A stretch of DNA of 53,084 bases, the filler included, from Stramenopiles sp. TOSAG23-3 (Eukaryota), in NCBI GenBank assembly GCA_900128585.1. It is 4 parts of 4 records of this genome, joined end to end, with 100 filler letters (N's around TTAATTAATTAA, not from the genome) between each part and the next. Parts side by side here need not be neighbours in the genome. Positions count along the whole stretch, not along the records: positions 24,498 to 48,827 come from LT642305.1; 3 more parts are not named here. The stretch is one strand, 5' to 3'. Positions 38,437-48,927 of this stretch are shown here, piece after piece. Within the stretch, counting starts at the first letter, position 1. Every line of letters begins with the position of its first letter. The translations under genes and the position numbers were made by a program. The notes under the pieces are model-generated. The model made no database searches. It had not been told where the DNA came from and worked only from the letters and a program-made list of their open reading frames with translations.

Positions 38437-41400
38437 ATGAATCGTTCTACGTGTGCATATTTGCTTCTCATCCTTCTGGTTGTTGGTGAAGTTGCAAATG
38501 TTCAGGGTACCATTCAACGAAATCTTAATGCTCGCCGGCAAGAGCGATTGAACCGAGCGAACCATGGCGACAAAGACGCGGAAGATAAGGATGACCAAGA
38601 CGACCCTAAGGGTTCCTTTTTGACCGATTCGATCAAGAAATACAAATGCGACAAAACCAAGATCAAGCAAGTAATGCATGACGCCGGGAAGAAAGGGTTT
38701 AGGATCTCGATCAAGGAATTGTTGGCCCAGTTTCAGACTTGCACGAAGGAGAAAGAAAAGGCCAAGGAAAAAGACCAAGGTTCCAAAGAAGACCGGGAGC
38801 AGAACAAGGAAGTCGAGGAGCCGGTGGTCCCACTAAAGCGCTTGTTCTCCGACAATTTTGACAGCTGGAACAAAAACAATTGGGAAGAAGCCGAAGGTTT
38901 GTACGGCAGAATCGTCAAAGGTATCAACGGGAAAGGTGAAAAGGGCAGCATGCTTATGGACGGTAACGGAAAGGACGGCAAAACCCTGAAAGATGACGGC
39001 GTTCGTATGTTAACGTCAAAGATGTTCGATGCCAGGGCCGGGGGAACGGTACAATTCCAGCTGCGTTCGTTCGGTACAAAAGGCGAGGGCACGTGCTACA
39101 CGGATTACACCAAGATGAAAAAAGAAGAGCAAGACAAAAAGCGAGCCATCGAACAAGAGCAAAAGAAGAAGGCAGAGCAAGCGGCAAAGAAAGCTGCGGA
39201 ACAGACTGCGAAAGCGAAAAAGGCAGAAGCGGAGAAAAAGAAAAAAGATGAAGAGAAGAACAAGCTTGAGGCGAAGCGCATGGAAGAAGTTAAGGCCCGA
39301 AAGCAATGCCTAAGCTCGCCGCCCTGCAACGGGCACGGGCGCGGTGTGTACAAATCGAAATGCAACGAAAAGACCTGGGAGTGCACCAGCCGCCAGTGCA
39401 CGTGCAACTGCATCGGCAATTGGTACGGGCAAAGGTGCGACAAGTACATGGGAACCTCCCAGTGCCAGAGCGTTGGGGACCCACACCCTCTGTCGTTAGA
39501 CGGCCTGCGCTTTAATATCTACGATGCCGGAGAGTTTTTAATGTTCAAGCACCCAGAGCACCCCGTCGAAATTCACGAACTTACCCGCATGGCGCGACCG
39601 CATATTGCCGCGACTGCCGGTGTCGCGATGAGGACCGAAGGAACTACCATCTCGATCGAACAGCCCCACTGTGGCAACAGGAACAACTTTCAAGTTCGCG
39701 CGATCGAGAACGGAGTCTGCCGCAACATTGGGTGGGGAAGAAGGTACTCTCGGCAAGGCCTGACGTACGATGGTGGAAGGCACATTTATGGTCCACGGGG
39801 AACTGACATTTACCTAGGAGGCTGGTGGCGTTACAATTGGTGGAGGGGGCAATGCGGCTCTGCGTACTGGCTGAACATCTATGTACGCATCAAGGCCCCA
39901 CGAGACGGGAAAGCCGAGGGAATATGCGGGACATTCCGTGGTAACCGCAACACCGACGAACAAACATTGATCCAGAGTTCCGGCAAAAGGCACCACCACC
40001 AAATTTCAAGAAGCACCCGAAACAAGTGGATGATTAAGCCCGAAGATTCCTTCTTCATCTGCGGTGCGTGGAAGCCTTCGTTTCGATACTCGCCGTCGTT
40101 TAAATCTTTAAAGGCTGGTCAAAGTCTGCGAGCTGCCACGCAAGCGGCTGCCATGGTGGACGCGGAGGCCACTGTCGCCCGCGAGTTTGCTAGAGACCGC
40201 GCCCTTAACGCTGCCAACGACAAGGCCGATGCAAAGGGTGATGACGAGAAGACGCCGTTGAGCCAAGCCAAAGCGTTGGCAATCTGCAAAAAGAAGCCCG
40301 GAATCGATACAGAAGAAGCGCTTACGAACTGTGTCAATGACATGTCCATGACTAATGATAAGAAAACTGCGGACGTCGCCAAAGCCGAGAGTGAGGAAGA
40401 AGCGGAAGAAGCGGTGAACGAAGTCAAAGAAGACGAGAAAGAGGAAGAAATCGAAATGGCCGCGGAAGCGAAGATGAAAGTTGCGGAATCAATGGACCTG
40501 GTCATGCAGTACTGTGGCAAAGATTGCCACAACGAGAAGAACTGGAAGCAGCTGAAAGCTTACCCCCAAAAGGTTTACGGAGACTTTCTGAACGAGTGGC
40601 GAACCATGACTGCCCGTTTGCCCGACGATGCGAAAACTGCCGGGCTTCGCTTGAGGTTCTTCCAGAAAGAGCACACGTGCTACTGTTGCGAGGCGTACGC
40701 CATCGATAATGTAGAGGTCACTTCGGGTGGAATGAATGTTGCCATCGTTGCGGACAAAAAGTTTGAACTGTTTGCGGATGGAAAAACGGTTGGGCAAGGC
40801 GAATGGTGGGAGCCAGCCAAAGACACGTACCGCTTCAAGGTACCAGACAACACGAGAACCTTCGCCGTCAAACTTAACGGGGGGAACGATGCAAAGATGG
40901 GCCTCATTGGTATGTTCGGAGAAAAGCTTGTGACTAGTTCCAGTTGGAAATGCTCCGCAGTGCTAGACGAGAAGGATGCTGACACGTGGATGAAGCCCAG
41001 CTACGATGACAGTGACTGGGGCAGTGCCGTTGAAGAGGGCCGAAACGGTATCCTACCTTGGGGGGAACGCCCTGGCATTGCAAAGCAAGCGTACTGGATC
41101 TTTACGCACGAAGTGTACAGGATGCGTGGGCAAAATGCGTACTGCCGCGTCAACGTGAAAGATGCTGCTCACAGTCACGCGCGTACCCACGAGGCAAGTC
41201 GTTGGTCTTGCAAGGCTGGGAAGAACCGCCTTTCGCCAGCTGCCGTTCAACTGTCCTCCAAGGTAGTTGCTGCCGTCGAGGTTCGCGGTGGAAAGGAAGC
41301 AACGGAGCACTTCTCGCCCGGGACGTCTTTCACCACCAAGGTTGAAGATGACGACGAGGTTCGTGTGTTGATGAAAATCAAGACAAAGAATTTGTTTGAC

Positions 41401-42060
41401 AAAACCGTCGAGGGCGCGACCATAAAGAGGGCACTGCTGCGTGTGTTGGTGTCCGATGAAACTGAAAATGAACTGCTTGTATGTAAACTCATTCGGAAGT
41501 GGTCCGCCGCTGATGTAACGTGGAACGACCAACCGGCATACGATGGCCCAAAAGATAAGTGCATATCCGTCAAAGCCCTGAAAAAGAACGAGTGGATGAG
41601 CATCGACCTCTCCGACTGGATGAGAGAGTGGGTTAGTAACCCAGAAACTAATTTTGGGATTGTATTCGTCCCAACAGGAAAGGATGCGGCCTCGTTCGTG
41701 TCCTACTTAGACCCAGATGCGAACCAACGTCCTCGATTGTCCATGTCTTGCCATGGTGACAGAACCGATTCTAGCCACGTCTTTAAAGCAGTCATGGGGA
41801 AACTAGAGACAGCACCAAGGGGCGCGGAACCGACTGCGACCGGGGCTGAAGCTGCGACCGGGACAGGGGCTGAAGCTGCGACTGGTCCACGACAGGTGGT
41901 TCACGTAGCGCTTCCATGCGACAAACCAAACGGGTGCCCGAAAGAAGACGAAAAGAAGCCAGAACCGTACCAAAGAATGAATGATAAAATCACAATGGTC
42001 AAGGCCTCCGAGGCCGCCACCGGTGCCAGTACAGGGGCCGCTACTGGCGCATCTTTCTAA
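38437..42060 (+). CDS. Secreted mosaic protein: split reelin-like domain, coiled coil, EGF, VWD, lectin-like beta-sandwich, DNRLRE/CBM96-like domain and ATG repeats
   Basis: Signal peptide (AYLLLILLVVGEVANVQG); EGF CNGHG...CTCNCIGNWYGQRC; VWD CQSVGDPH..SLDG...GEF...EGICGTFRGN; reelin-like FSDNFD.../LPDDAKTAGLRLRFFQ...AIDNVEV; SSSWKC...YDDSDW...PWG; VTWNDQP...DWMREWV..NFGI...RPRL. Confidence 0.8.
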   Translation: MNRSTCAYLLLILLVVGEVANVQGTIQRNLNARRQERLNRANHGDKDAEDKDDQDDPKGSFLTDSIKKYKCDKTKIKQVMHDAGKKGFRISIKELLAQFQTCTKEKEKAKEKDQGSKEDREQNKEVEEPVVPLKRLFSDNFDSWNKNNWEEAEGLYGRIVKGINGKGEKGSMLMDGNGKDGKTLKDDGVRMLTSKMFDARAGGTVQFQLRSFGTKGEGTCYTDYTKMKKEEQDKKRAIEQEQKKKAEQAAKKAAEQTAKAKKAEAEKKKKDEEKNKLEAKRMEEVKARKQCLSSPPCNGHGRGVYKSKCNEKTWECTSRQCTCNCIGNWYGQRCDKYMGTSQCQSVGDPHPLSLDGLRFNIYDAGEFLMFKHPEHPVEIHELTRMARPHIAATAGVAMRTEGTTISIEQPHCGNRNNFQVRAIENGVCRNIGWGRRYSRQGLTYDGGRHIYGPRGTDIYLGGWWRYNWWRGQCGSAYWLNIYVRIKAPRDGKAEGICGTFRGNRNTDEQTLIQSSGKRHHHQISRSTRNKWMIKPEDSFFICGAWKPSFRYSPSFKSLKAGQSLRAATQAAAMVDAEATVAREFARDRALNAANDKADAKGDDEKTPLSQAKALAICKKKPGIDTEEALTNCVNDMSMTNDKKTADVAKAESEEEAEEAVNEVKEDEKEEEIEMAAEAKMKVAESMDLVMQYCGKDCHNEKNWKQLKAYPQKVYGDFLNEWRTMTARLPDDAKTAGLRLRFFQKEHTCYCCEAYAIDNVEVTSGGMNVAIVADKKFELFADGKTVGQGEWWEPAKDTYRFKVPDNTRTFAVKLNGGNDAKMGLIGMFGEKLVTSSSWKCSAVLDEKDADTWMKPSYDDSDWGSAVEEGRNGILPWGERPGIAKQAYWIFTHEVYRMRGQNAYCRVNVKDAAHSHARTHEASRWSCKAGKNRLSPAAVQLSSKVVAAVEVRGGKEATEHFSPGTSFTTKVEDDDEVRVLMKIKTKNLFDKTVEGATIKRALLRVLVSDETENELLVCKLIRKWSAADVTWNDQPAYDGPKDKCISVKALKKNEWMSIDLSDWMREWVSNPETNFGIVFVPTGKDAASFVSYLDPDANQRPRLSMSCHGDRTDSSHVFKAVMGKLETAPRGAEPTATGAEAATGTGAEAATGPRQVVHVALPCDKPNGCPKEDEKKPEPYQRMNDKITMVKASEAATGASTGAATGASF

Positions 42061-42308
42061 TTCAGCACCTAATACTAATATAAAAAAACAAATTCAGTTT
42101 TATCTAAAACATACTATATAATTTTTGTTTTTTCCAAATTATAAAAAGTTGAACTGACACAATTTTTTAGGTAAGTAATATTTATTATTAGACTATTATA
42201 TCATATTAATTCCCTCAGCAGCAGAGAGCAAATTCATCTCATCATCTTCTTCTTCTCATCATTTTTTATTTTTTTATTGTATTATTATATCGCATCAAGA
42301 TAGGATTA

Positions 42309-42352
42309 GGGTTGGAACTGAAATAGTAATTGATTTAAAATGAGAGTCTTAA
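42309..42352 (+). repeat. Dispersed 44-nt intergenic repeat, copy 2
   Basis: gggttggaactgaaatagtaattgatttaaaatgagagtcttaa; 41/44 identical to 27811-27854. Confidence 0.85.
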
Positions 42353-42650
42353 GTCTTAAAACAAACTACACGGGTTCGTAGTCTTCTAATATAATAATAA
42401 TAATAAAATAATAGTCGTCTAGTAGTCAGTCGTCTATAATAATACCAATAATATATTATAAAATATAATAAAAAAATAATAATATAAAATAATGGTGATT
42501 AAAAAAGATACGCCAAGGTTGAAACAGTTAGTGTAGATGTTTTAAATTAACAAAATTGTAAAAGTTTCAAAAAAATGCAAAAGGTTGTAGGTACCAACAA
42601 ATGGACCATCGTTTGCATTTTCTAGACAGTAATACAAAGAGATAGAAAAT

Positions 42651-45600
42651 ATGCCTTCGAAAAGGAAAAAAAAGAAACGAGTGGCTAGGCCAATATCCAC
42701 TTCGTCGGTAGTTAGACCAGCGACGTCCACTTCGTCGATCGTTGTTGGGGCCAACAAGGCTAAGAGTGTGGCAAAGGGGGAAGAAAAACCAGTAGTGCCA
42801 AAAAGCGTCGACAATGCACCACCTGTCGAGAATTTTGTCGCTGAAAAAGGAACAGGGGGTGTCGGGGCTAAACCAAAGAGTAAGAACTCCTGGAGCACCC
42901 ATTTGCCGCCCGAGTATGAAACTATACTGTCCAGAGGTTCGAAATCTCCTGGGGCGGACAACGCGGTGACAAACATTGTACTGAATAGCTCCCTGGAAAA
43001 TCAGGTTTTTGATTTTGTGAAACGATATGAGACGAAAAAATCGATTGCAGAAAGAAATGGCAGCCGTACACTAAAGCCAAGTTTTAAGAGGTTGAATGCG
43101 CTGTATGTGACCCTTGAGAATTTTGGGTTCGAGCGAGAGCAGGTTGAACAAATAATGAAAGCGAACGTAGGGTACAATATCGAAACTATGTTAGAATGGG
43201 CATGTCTAAATACTGACCATGAATTACTTCCTAGTGGCTTCTCAGACAAGACCAAGCACGACGAGCATGCACCGATACAGGTGATTTCGCTCCAGAAACC
43301 ACAAGGAGACAAACGTGCCATTGCTCGCCCACCTGCCAAGGCGAACATCATCTCCAAGACAGAAAACCTCACGAAACTGGCCAAAGGGGAAAGTACTCCA
43401 TCGCAAGTTGCAGATGATACAAAAGAATCGTCTGATGATTTAAATGCGTATATTTTAAACAATTACGCCTACAGCTATGACGATAGTGAGGGTGAAGATG
43501 AACCAAAGATGGTGTCAAAAGAGGAGCTGAAGCAGCGGAAAATAAAAGAAAGCATTGCCAAAGGCGCGGCAAAACGCGCTGCTAGAGCTCTGCTCAAGCA
43601 GGAAAACGAGGAAAAATTAACAACTCCCGCCGCCAGTGGAGACACTGCAGATATAGGATTGGTAGACCTCATGGTAAGCGATGCAGCATTGGGTGCTGAT
43701 GATGTCATGCCCAAAGTTTCTGAAGATGAAGATATAGGAATTGGAATGTTTTTTGATACCGCAGAAATTTCGGAAGTACAGAACACCAAAACTATTTATG
43801 AGAATTTTTACAAAGACCTATCCATCAATCAATCGTGGACTGGGCGGAGCCCAGTAGACTATTTCTCTTACATGATACGTAAGCGTCCAGCAAAGTTAAA
43901 GTCTAAATATAAGGCCAACCACAATTTTGATTCTTTTCCAAAGGAATATAGGTTCTCGTTGCTTTTAAAAGCGGGACTTCAGAAGAACAAAGCTGATGTA
44001 TTGGTGGAAGCGGACAAGCCGTGCCGATGTGTCGAAGACGCAAAAAACTTAATCGCCACGAAGGCTTTGTACGTTTTGTTCAAGGACCAGGCCTTGTACC
44101 TGCAACTCCCGGAGCCATTCAAGACGATGTGGAGAGACTGGAGGAATGAAGAAAGCAGTAAAGAACAGAAATTAAATGAGCAAAAAGATTCTCCAAAGCT
44201 TAATTTTGTTCACGAACTATTGGAAGGATATAGGGGCCGTGGCCGCGGTGGTGTTGGAAAACAAGAGATGGGGGATGGTGATACTAACGTCGGATCTTTT
44301 TCCGTCAACAACGCACGTCGAAACTATTCGCGCGGTAAAACTAACAAAGACGCTTGCAAAAAATTCAAATCGAGGGTTTTAGAGGACGTCTACAAAACTA
44401 GGCTACAGCAGCGAATGATCTTGCCGATCATGTCGTTTGAAGACCAAATTGTGGAGGCTGTCTTGGGCAACTCTGCGGTCGTAATTACTGGAGAAACGGG
44501 TTGTGGAAAGTCTACCCAAGTCCCGCACTTGGTACTAAAAGCAATGGTGGAGCGTCAAGGCGTTGGTGAAACAAGGGGGGATATTGTGTGCACTCAACCT
44601 AGACGAATCAGTGCCACGTCTATTGCAAGAAGGGTCAGTTTTGAAATGGGTGACGATCGCGTTGGTGCATTTTGCGGTTACAGTATTCGTGGAGAAAGTA
44701 AGCAGTCAAAGAAAACCTTGCTGCATTACTGTACTACTGGTGTGCTTTTGCGCCGGTTGCAAAGCGATCCTATGCTCAGCTCGGCAGCGGTTGTAATTGT
44801 CGACGAAGTCCACGAAAGGTCTATGCAGTCTGATTTTCTTTTGATTGCTTTGCGAAAAATACTGCTCACTCGAAAAAGTAATTTTTGTGTCGTTTTGATG
44901 AGTGCGACTATGGATAGTGAAAAGGTCTCTTCATATTTTTACGGGGCCCCTATTATTGCTGTGCCTGGCAGAACGTTTCCGGTGTCTGTCTCATACTTGG
45001 AAGACATTATTGAATCAACAGGGTTCATCATCGCTGAAGATGACCGGAATGCTGGTAAAATGCACCGTTCCAAGAAGGTGTCTGAAGTAAAAATTCGTGT
45101 CGCTAGAAATGTAAAACGAGGCGACGCCTACTACAACCATGAAGAGGCCGTCGACGAAGTTGAACTTTCAGGTCTAAATCGTTCGAAGTACAGTGACAGA
45201 ACGTGCATTGCCGTGGCACGTATGGATACATCGAGGGTTAATTTTGAGATCATTGAGCGTCTTCTTTTATGGCTAGATGACTCAAAGGGCTCCAAATATG
45301 CGGGAATTGAAGGTGCAGTACTCGTTTTCTTGCCGGGTGTGGGCGAGATATCAGCCCTTCAAAATGCGTTGTTGTCGACGCGAACGTTTTCCAATCGAAA
45401 CAAATATCTAGTCGTTGGCTTGCACTCGGTGCTGTCGATGGATGATCAAATTCGTGCTTTTGAAACGCCTCCAAAAGGGGTCAGAAAAATTGTTCTCAGT
45501 ACGAATATTGCAGAGACTGGCGTAACCATTCCCGATGTCGTGTTTGTCATAGATACCTGCCTCGTGAAAGAGACGCGCTACAATGAGCACACTCGGATTC

Positions 45601-46778
45601 GTGGCCTAGTACAATGTTACATCCCGCAATCCAGTGGCAAACAACGACAGGGGAGAGCGGGGAGGGTTCGACAGGGGTTTTGTTTTCGCACGGTCACCAA
45701 AAAACGGTACGAGGGCTTTAGCGAGGAGTTGACGCCAGAGCTGCTTCGTGTTCCCCTTGACGAATTGTGCTTGAATATCATAGTTTCAAAATCGTCGCCA
45801 CAAGAATACCTTGCGAATGCGCTTGATCCTCCCAATCCCCAAGCCATAGAAGCCTCTTTAAAAACACTTTTAGAAGTTGGTGCAATAAATTCCAGCAGCG
45901 ATAATATTAAAGAACTCGGCGATTTGGAAATGCTGCCATTAGGGTACCACCTTTCTAATTTACCCACCGACGTCCGTATTGGCAAAATGATTATTTTGTC
46001 CTCGCTGCTAGGCTGCGTTGATACTGTCACCACGATTGCTGCTGCTCTGGCCTACAAATCTCCCTTTTTGGACGACCAAAGCAAAGAAATGTTTCTCAAT
46101 GAGGCCAATCCATCAGATCATTTGATAATTGCGGAGGCTTACAATCGCTGGGAAAATACAAAAGGAAACAGAAGAAGGTGGTGCAAAAAACATAACCTGT
46201 CAGGGTTGACTTTAAATACAATGAGGCAAATGAAAAGAGAATTTTTAGGCTTTCTTAAATCTGCAAATTTACCAGTTGCGAACCACAATGGTAAGAAACC
46301 GAACGTTGTGCTCGGGGTAATTGCAGGAGGCCTGTGGCCCAACGTAGCATTGGCTACCACGACTGAGGAAGGAAAAGTGACAGTACGCACTGGCTCCCGG
46401 GCAGTACACTTGCACCCATCCTCAGTTTGTCACAAGAAGCCTCTTCCCCAACCACTGAAAGCTTCTTGGGTAGTATTTCACACCTTGATAAAAACAAGCC
46501 GGTATTTTATTAGGGATACATCCCTTGTATCACCGCAGGCTATTTTACTGTTTTGCGGGAACCCCACGGATGCCCAAGTAGCTTATGGGAAGCGAGAAAT
46601 CATAGTTAGCAACTGGATCAAAGTTCATGCAGCAGCAAAATGTGCTGTACTAATTTCTCACTTGCGCCAAAATTTGAACAATTTTCTATTAACAAACTAT
46701 ATGAATCCATCACAATCCACGAGCGGATGGGGCTCCGAGATGTTAAATTTAATCGTTGAAGTATTGGAACAAGATTGA
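42651..46778 (+). CDS. DHX29: DExH-box RNA helicase, DHX29-like (DHX29/DHX57/DHX36 group)
   Basis: GETGCGKSTQVP, TQPRRISA, DEVHER, MSAT, STNIAETGVTI, QRQGRAGR, followed by HA2/OB regions. The N-terminal UBA-like LEWACLN....LPSGF and WTGRSP motifs favour DHX29. Confidence 0.85.
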   Translation: MPSKRKKKKRVARPISTSSVVRPATSTSSIVVGANKAKSVAKGEEKPVVPKSVDNAPPVENFVAEKGTGGVGAKPKSKNSWSTHLPPEYETILSRGSKSPGADNAVTNIVLNSSLENQVFDFVKRYETKKSIAERNGSRTLKPSFKRLNALYVTLENFGFEREQVEQIMKANVGYNIETMLEWACLNTDHELLPSGFSDKTKHDEHAPIQVISLQKPQGDKRAIARPPAKANIISKTENLTKLAKGESTPSQVADDTKESSDDLNAYILNNYAYSYDDSEGEDEPKMVSKEELKQRKIKESIAKGAAKRAARALLKQENEEKLTTPAASGDTADIGLVDLMVSDAALGADDVMPKVSEDEDIGIGMFFDTAEISEVQNTKTIYENFYKDLSINQSWTGRSPVDYFSYMIRKRPAKLKSKYKANHNFDSFPKEYRFSLLLKAGLQKNKADVLVEADKPCRCVEDAKNLIATKALYVLFKDQALYLQLPEPFKTMWRDWRNEESSKEQKLNEQKDSPKLNFVHELLEGYRGRGRGGVGKQEMGDGDTNVGSFSVNNARRNYSRGKTNKDACKKFKSRVLEDVYKTRLQQRMILPIMSFEDQIVEAVLGNSAVVITGETGCGKSTQVPHLVLKAMVERQGVGETRGDIVCTQPRRISATSIARRVSFEMGDDRVGAFCGYSIRGESKQSKKTLLHYCTTGVLLRRLQSDPMLSSAAVVIVDEVHERSMQSDFLLIALRKILLTRKSNFCVVLMSATMDSEKVSSYFYGAPIIAVPGRTFPVSVSYLEDIIESTGFIIAEDDRNAGKMHRSKKVSEVKIRVARNVKRGDAYYNHEEAVDEVELSGLNRSKYSDRTCIAVARMDTSRVNFEIIERLLLWLDDSKGSKYAGIEGAVLVFLPGVGEISALQNALLSTRTFSNRNKYLVVGLHSVLSMDDQIRAFETPPKGVRKIVLSTNIAETGVTIPDVVFVIDTCLVKETRYNEHTRIRGLVQCYIPQSSGKQRQGRAGRVRQGFCFRTVTKKRYEGFSEELTPELLRVPLDELCLNIIVSKSSPQEYLANALDPPNPQAIEASLKTLLEVGAINSSSDNIKELGDLEMLPLGYHLSNLPTDVRIGKMIILSSLLGCVDTVTTIAAALAYKSPFLDDQSKEMFLNEANPSDHLIIAEAYNRWENTKGNRRRWCKKHNLSGLTLNTMRQMKREFLGFLKSANLPVANHNGKKPNVVLGVIAGGLWPNVALATTTEEGKVTVRTGSRAVHLHPSSVCHKKPLPQPLKASWVVFHTLIKTSRYFIRDTSLVSPQAILLFCGNPTDAQVAYGKREIIVSNWIKVHAAAKCAVLISHLRQNLNNFLLTNYMNPSQSTSGWGSEMLNLIVEVLEQD

Positions 46779-46988
46779 AGGGTTTGGGCGACAGGAAAAG
46801 GGTTTGATAAATTCAAAATGTAAAATAAATTACAAGAAAATAAAATACTAAAAGTATCTCTGCGTAATATATTAAAAGTACGGTAATTGTACACGAGAAG
46901 TACTCTTAAATCTAAGACAAAGTGGGTCGCGCACCTGCAACAACCAATCTAGAGCAATATGAACGGATGTCAAATGCTAAATACACTG

Positions 46989-47960
46989 TTAAACTTCCGG
47001 TTTCGTGCTGTAATTATAAAAATCGCTTCCCCCCAAGGCAGCAGCTGCCAGTGCCATTAGGGCGTTCGCGTCTGCCTTCGAAGGGGGGCTGAAGGCTGAG
47101 AGTGCGGAACTCTCCTTAGAAGCTGACTTTTTGCCTTTCGTACTTTTCTTTGTTGTTTTTTTCTTCTGGGTTGCCTTTTTCGGACCTGTTTTTGAGCGCT
47201 TGGCTTTCGCAGTGCTCGCTTTCTCGGTCTTCTTTCTTTTTTTCTTTGGTTTCGCAGCGACAAACGTTTTCGAACCTTTGCTTTCTGCGATTCGTTTTCC
47301 CTTATAACTATTGACAGTAAAATACGTACTAGTGCTTCTAGCAATGCACTTTGCCATTCCTTTGTCAGCCCCGGTACAATTTACAAATGCATACAGACGC
47401 ACGCTATGTTGCATGAAGCGCATGTGTTTATGAGATCGCCAACCATAATGCCAGTACGAGGGCCGTATGAAATAAGTTAGCTTGTCCTGCTCGACACTTT
47501 CATCTGCTGCCGGCAAATACACTGCACGCCAGCAGTCTTTATCTCTCAATGATGCTTTGGGTATTTTTTTCGGTGCTGCTGCGGCTCCTACGTTCGGAGT
47601 TCCAGGACTCCTGTAAATATCATTGTGGGATTTCGCGGTTGCAATAAGAGCAGCGCGGTATTTGTTCTCGACCGTAAATAGGTCTTCGTTGCACATTGGT
47701 GCAAGCTCGGCTATCAGCGTGTACGAGTTATAGTTACCTCCAACTCCCGAAAGCTCAATTACACAACCACAACTACACGATCCTGTGGTGCTGTGTCCGG
47801 TATTTGGACAGGCAGGGAAGCAGCGCAAATTTTTTTGGGTAGATAAGCGATTATTTCTTAAATAGTTCTTCTCAAACTTTGTCACAAACTTCAGTTTTAC
47901 CCCAGACTCGTCCACCTGATTTTCTACAATCTTGCTTGGGAGTGATACTAGGGAAGACAT
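46989..47960 (-). CDS. Uncharacterised Cys/His-motif protein with a Lys-rich tail (putative nuclear DNA-binding protein)
   Basis: ATG 47960; YLRNNR...KNLRCFPAC...H...C.C motif; WHYGW; basic KPKKKRKK NLS-like tail. Confidence 0.7.
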   Translation of the reverse strand: MSSLVSLPSKIVENQVDESGVKLKFVTKFEKNYLRNNRLSTQKNLRCFPACPNTGHSTTGSCSCGCVIELSGVGGNYNSYTLIAELAPMCNEDLFTVENKYRAALIATAKSHNDIYRSPGTPNVGAAAAPKKIPKASLRDKDCWRAVYLPAADESVEQDKLTYFIRPSYWHYGWRSHKHMRFMQHSVRLYAFVNCTGADKGMAKCIARSTSTYFTVNSYKGKRIAESKGSKTFVAAKPKKKRKKTEKASTAKAKRSKTGPKKATQKKKTTKKSTKGKKSASKESSALSAFSPPSKADANALMALAAAALGGSDFYNYSTKPEV

Positions 47961-48827
47961 CGTCCTCAAAAATCAACGTTATTGGTTTGTTTCGACGGGG
48001 ACTGTCTTCAGTGTTGGGTGGTGTTTCGAAATGGAAGTTTGTGTTGCCTGGAAACTTACGTTTCACTCTTTACACATCATGCAAGTCTCTTATTAATCTT
48101 TGCATATGAAAGCCTTACTATCACAAGAACTAATAATAATCTATTGCTTCGTTATATATTATCGACCATACTACTAGACTAACTAAATACCGTACACCAA
48201 TGCTAGCTGCTGTGCTTTTTTTCTCTATTCTTCTTCTTGATCTTTCTTATTGATTAATAGTAAAAAGTAAAAGTAAAAGAAGCCTTTATTGTTGATAGGT
48301 CACAGCATAGGCAAACGTCAAAAATGATTTTTTCTTTCCATAGTTGTACCAGTTTAACAATACCAAACTGTTTGTTCACTGTAAAATATTATATGTATGG
48401 CGTAGCTACTACTTTCCTAGTTTTTAAAAACCAAAACAGAACAGAACAGAATGTCAAAATAGCATTATAGAAAAAGGAAATTGAATGGACTGACTAGCCC
48501 CTGTTAATGATTTTAATTACAGGCCGGTTTCTTAAATTAAGGATATGTTTTTGTATGGGATTAATATTATGTTGCTTCGCGCAGTTTTCATAATAATTAT
48601 CGAATCAGAAGAATCACAAACTCATACAATTAATACTGTAAGGTAAATATCCTTAATTTCAAAGAGATGTCTCATCGATATAAATATTTTTTCCCCCTTT
48701 TTTTTCTCCCTAGTTTACTTTGCATGATATTAAATATTACATTCCCACATGTGCTTGAATCACCTCTCTTTTCTTCGTTTTTCTGTTTTTTGTTCCTTTC
48801 CGGTTTTTCTCAACACCACCACACTAC

Positions 48828-48927
48828 NNNNNNNNNNNNNNNNNNNNNNNNNNNNNNNNNNNNNNNNNNNNTTAATTAATTAANNNNNNNNNNNNNNNNN
48901 NNNNNNNNNNNNNNNNNNNNNNNNNNN
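48828..48927. other. Artificial contig-joining linker
   Basis: N44-TTAATTAATTAA-N44. Confidence 0.98.
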
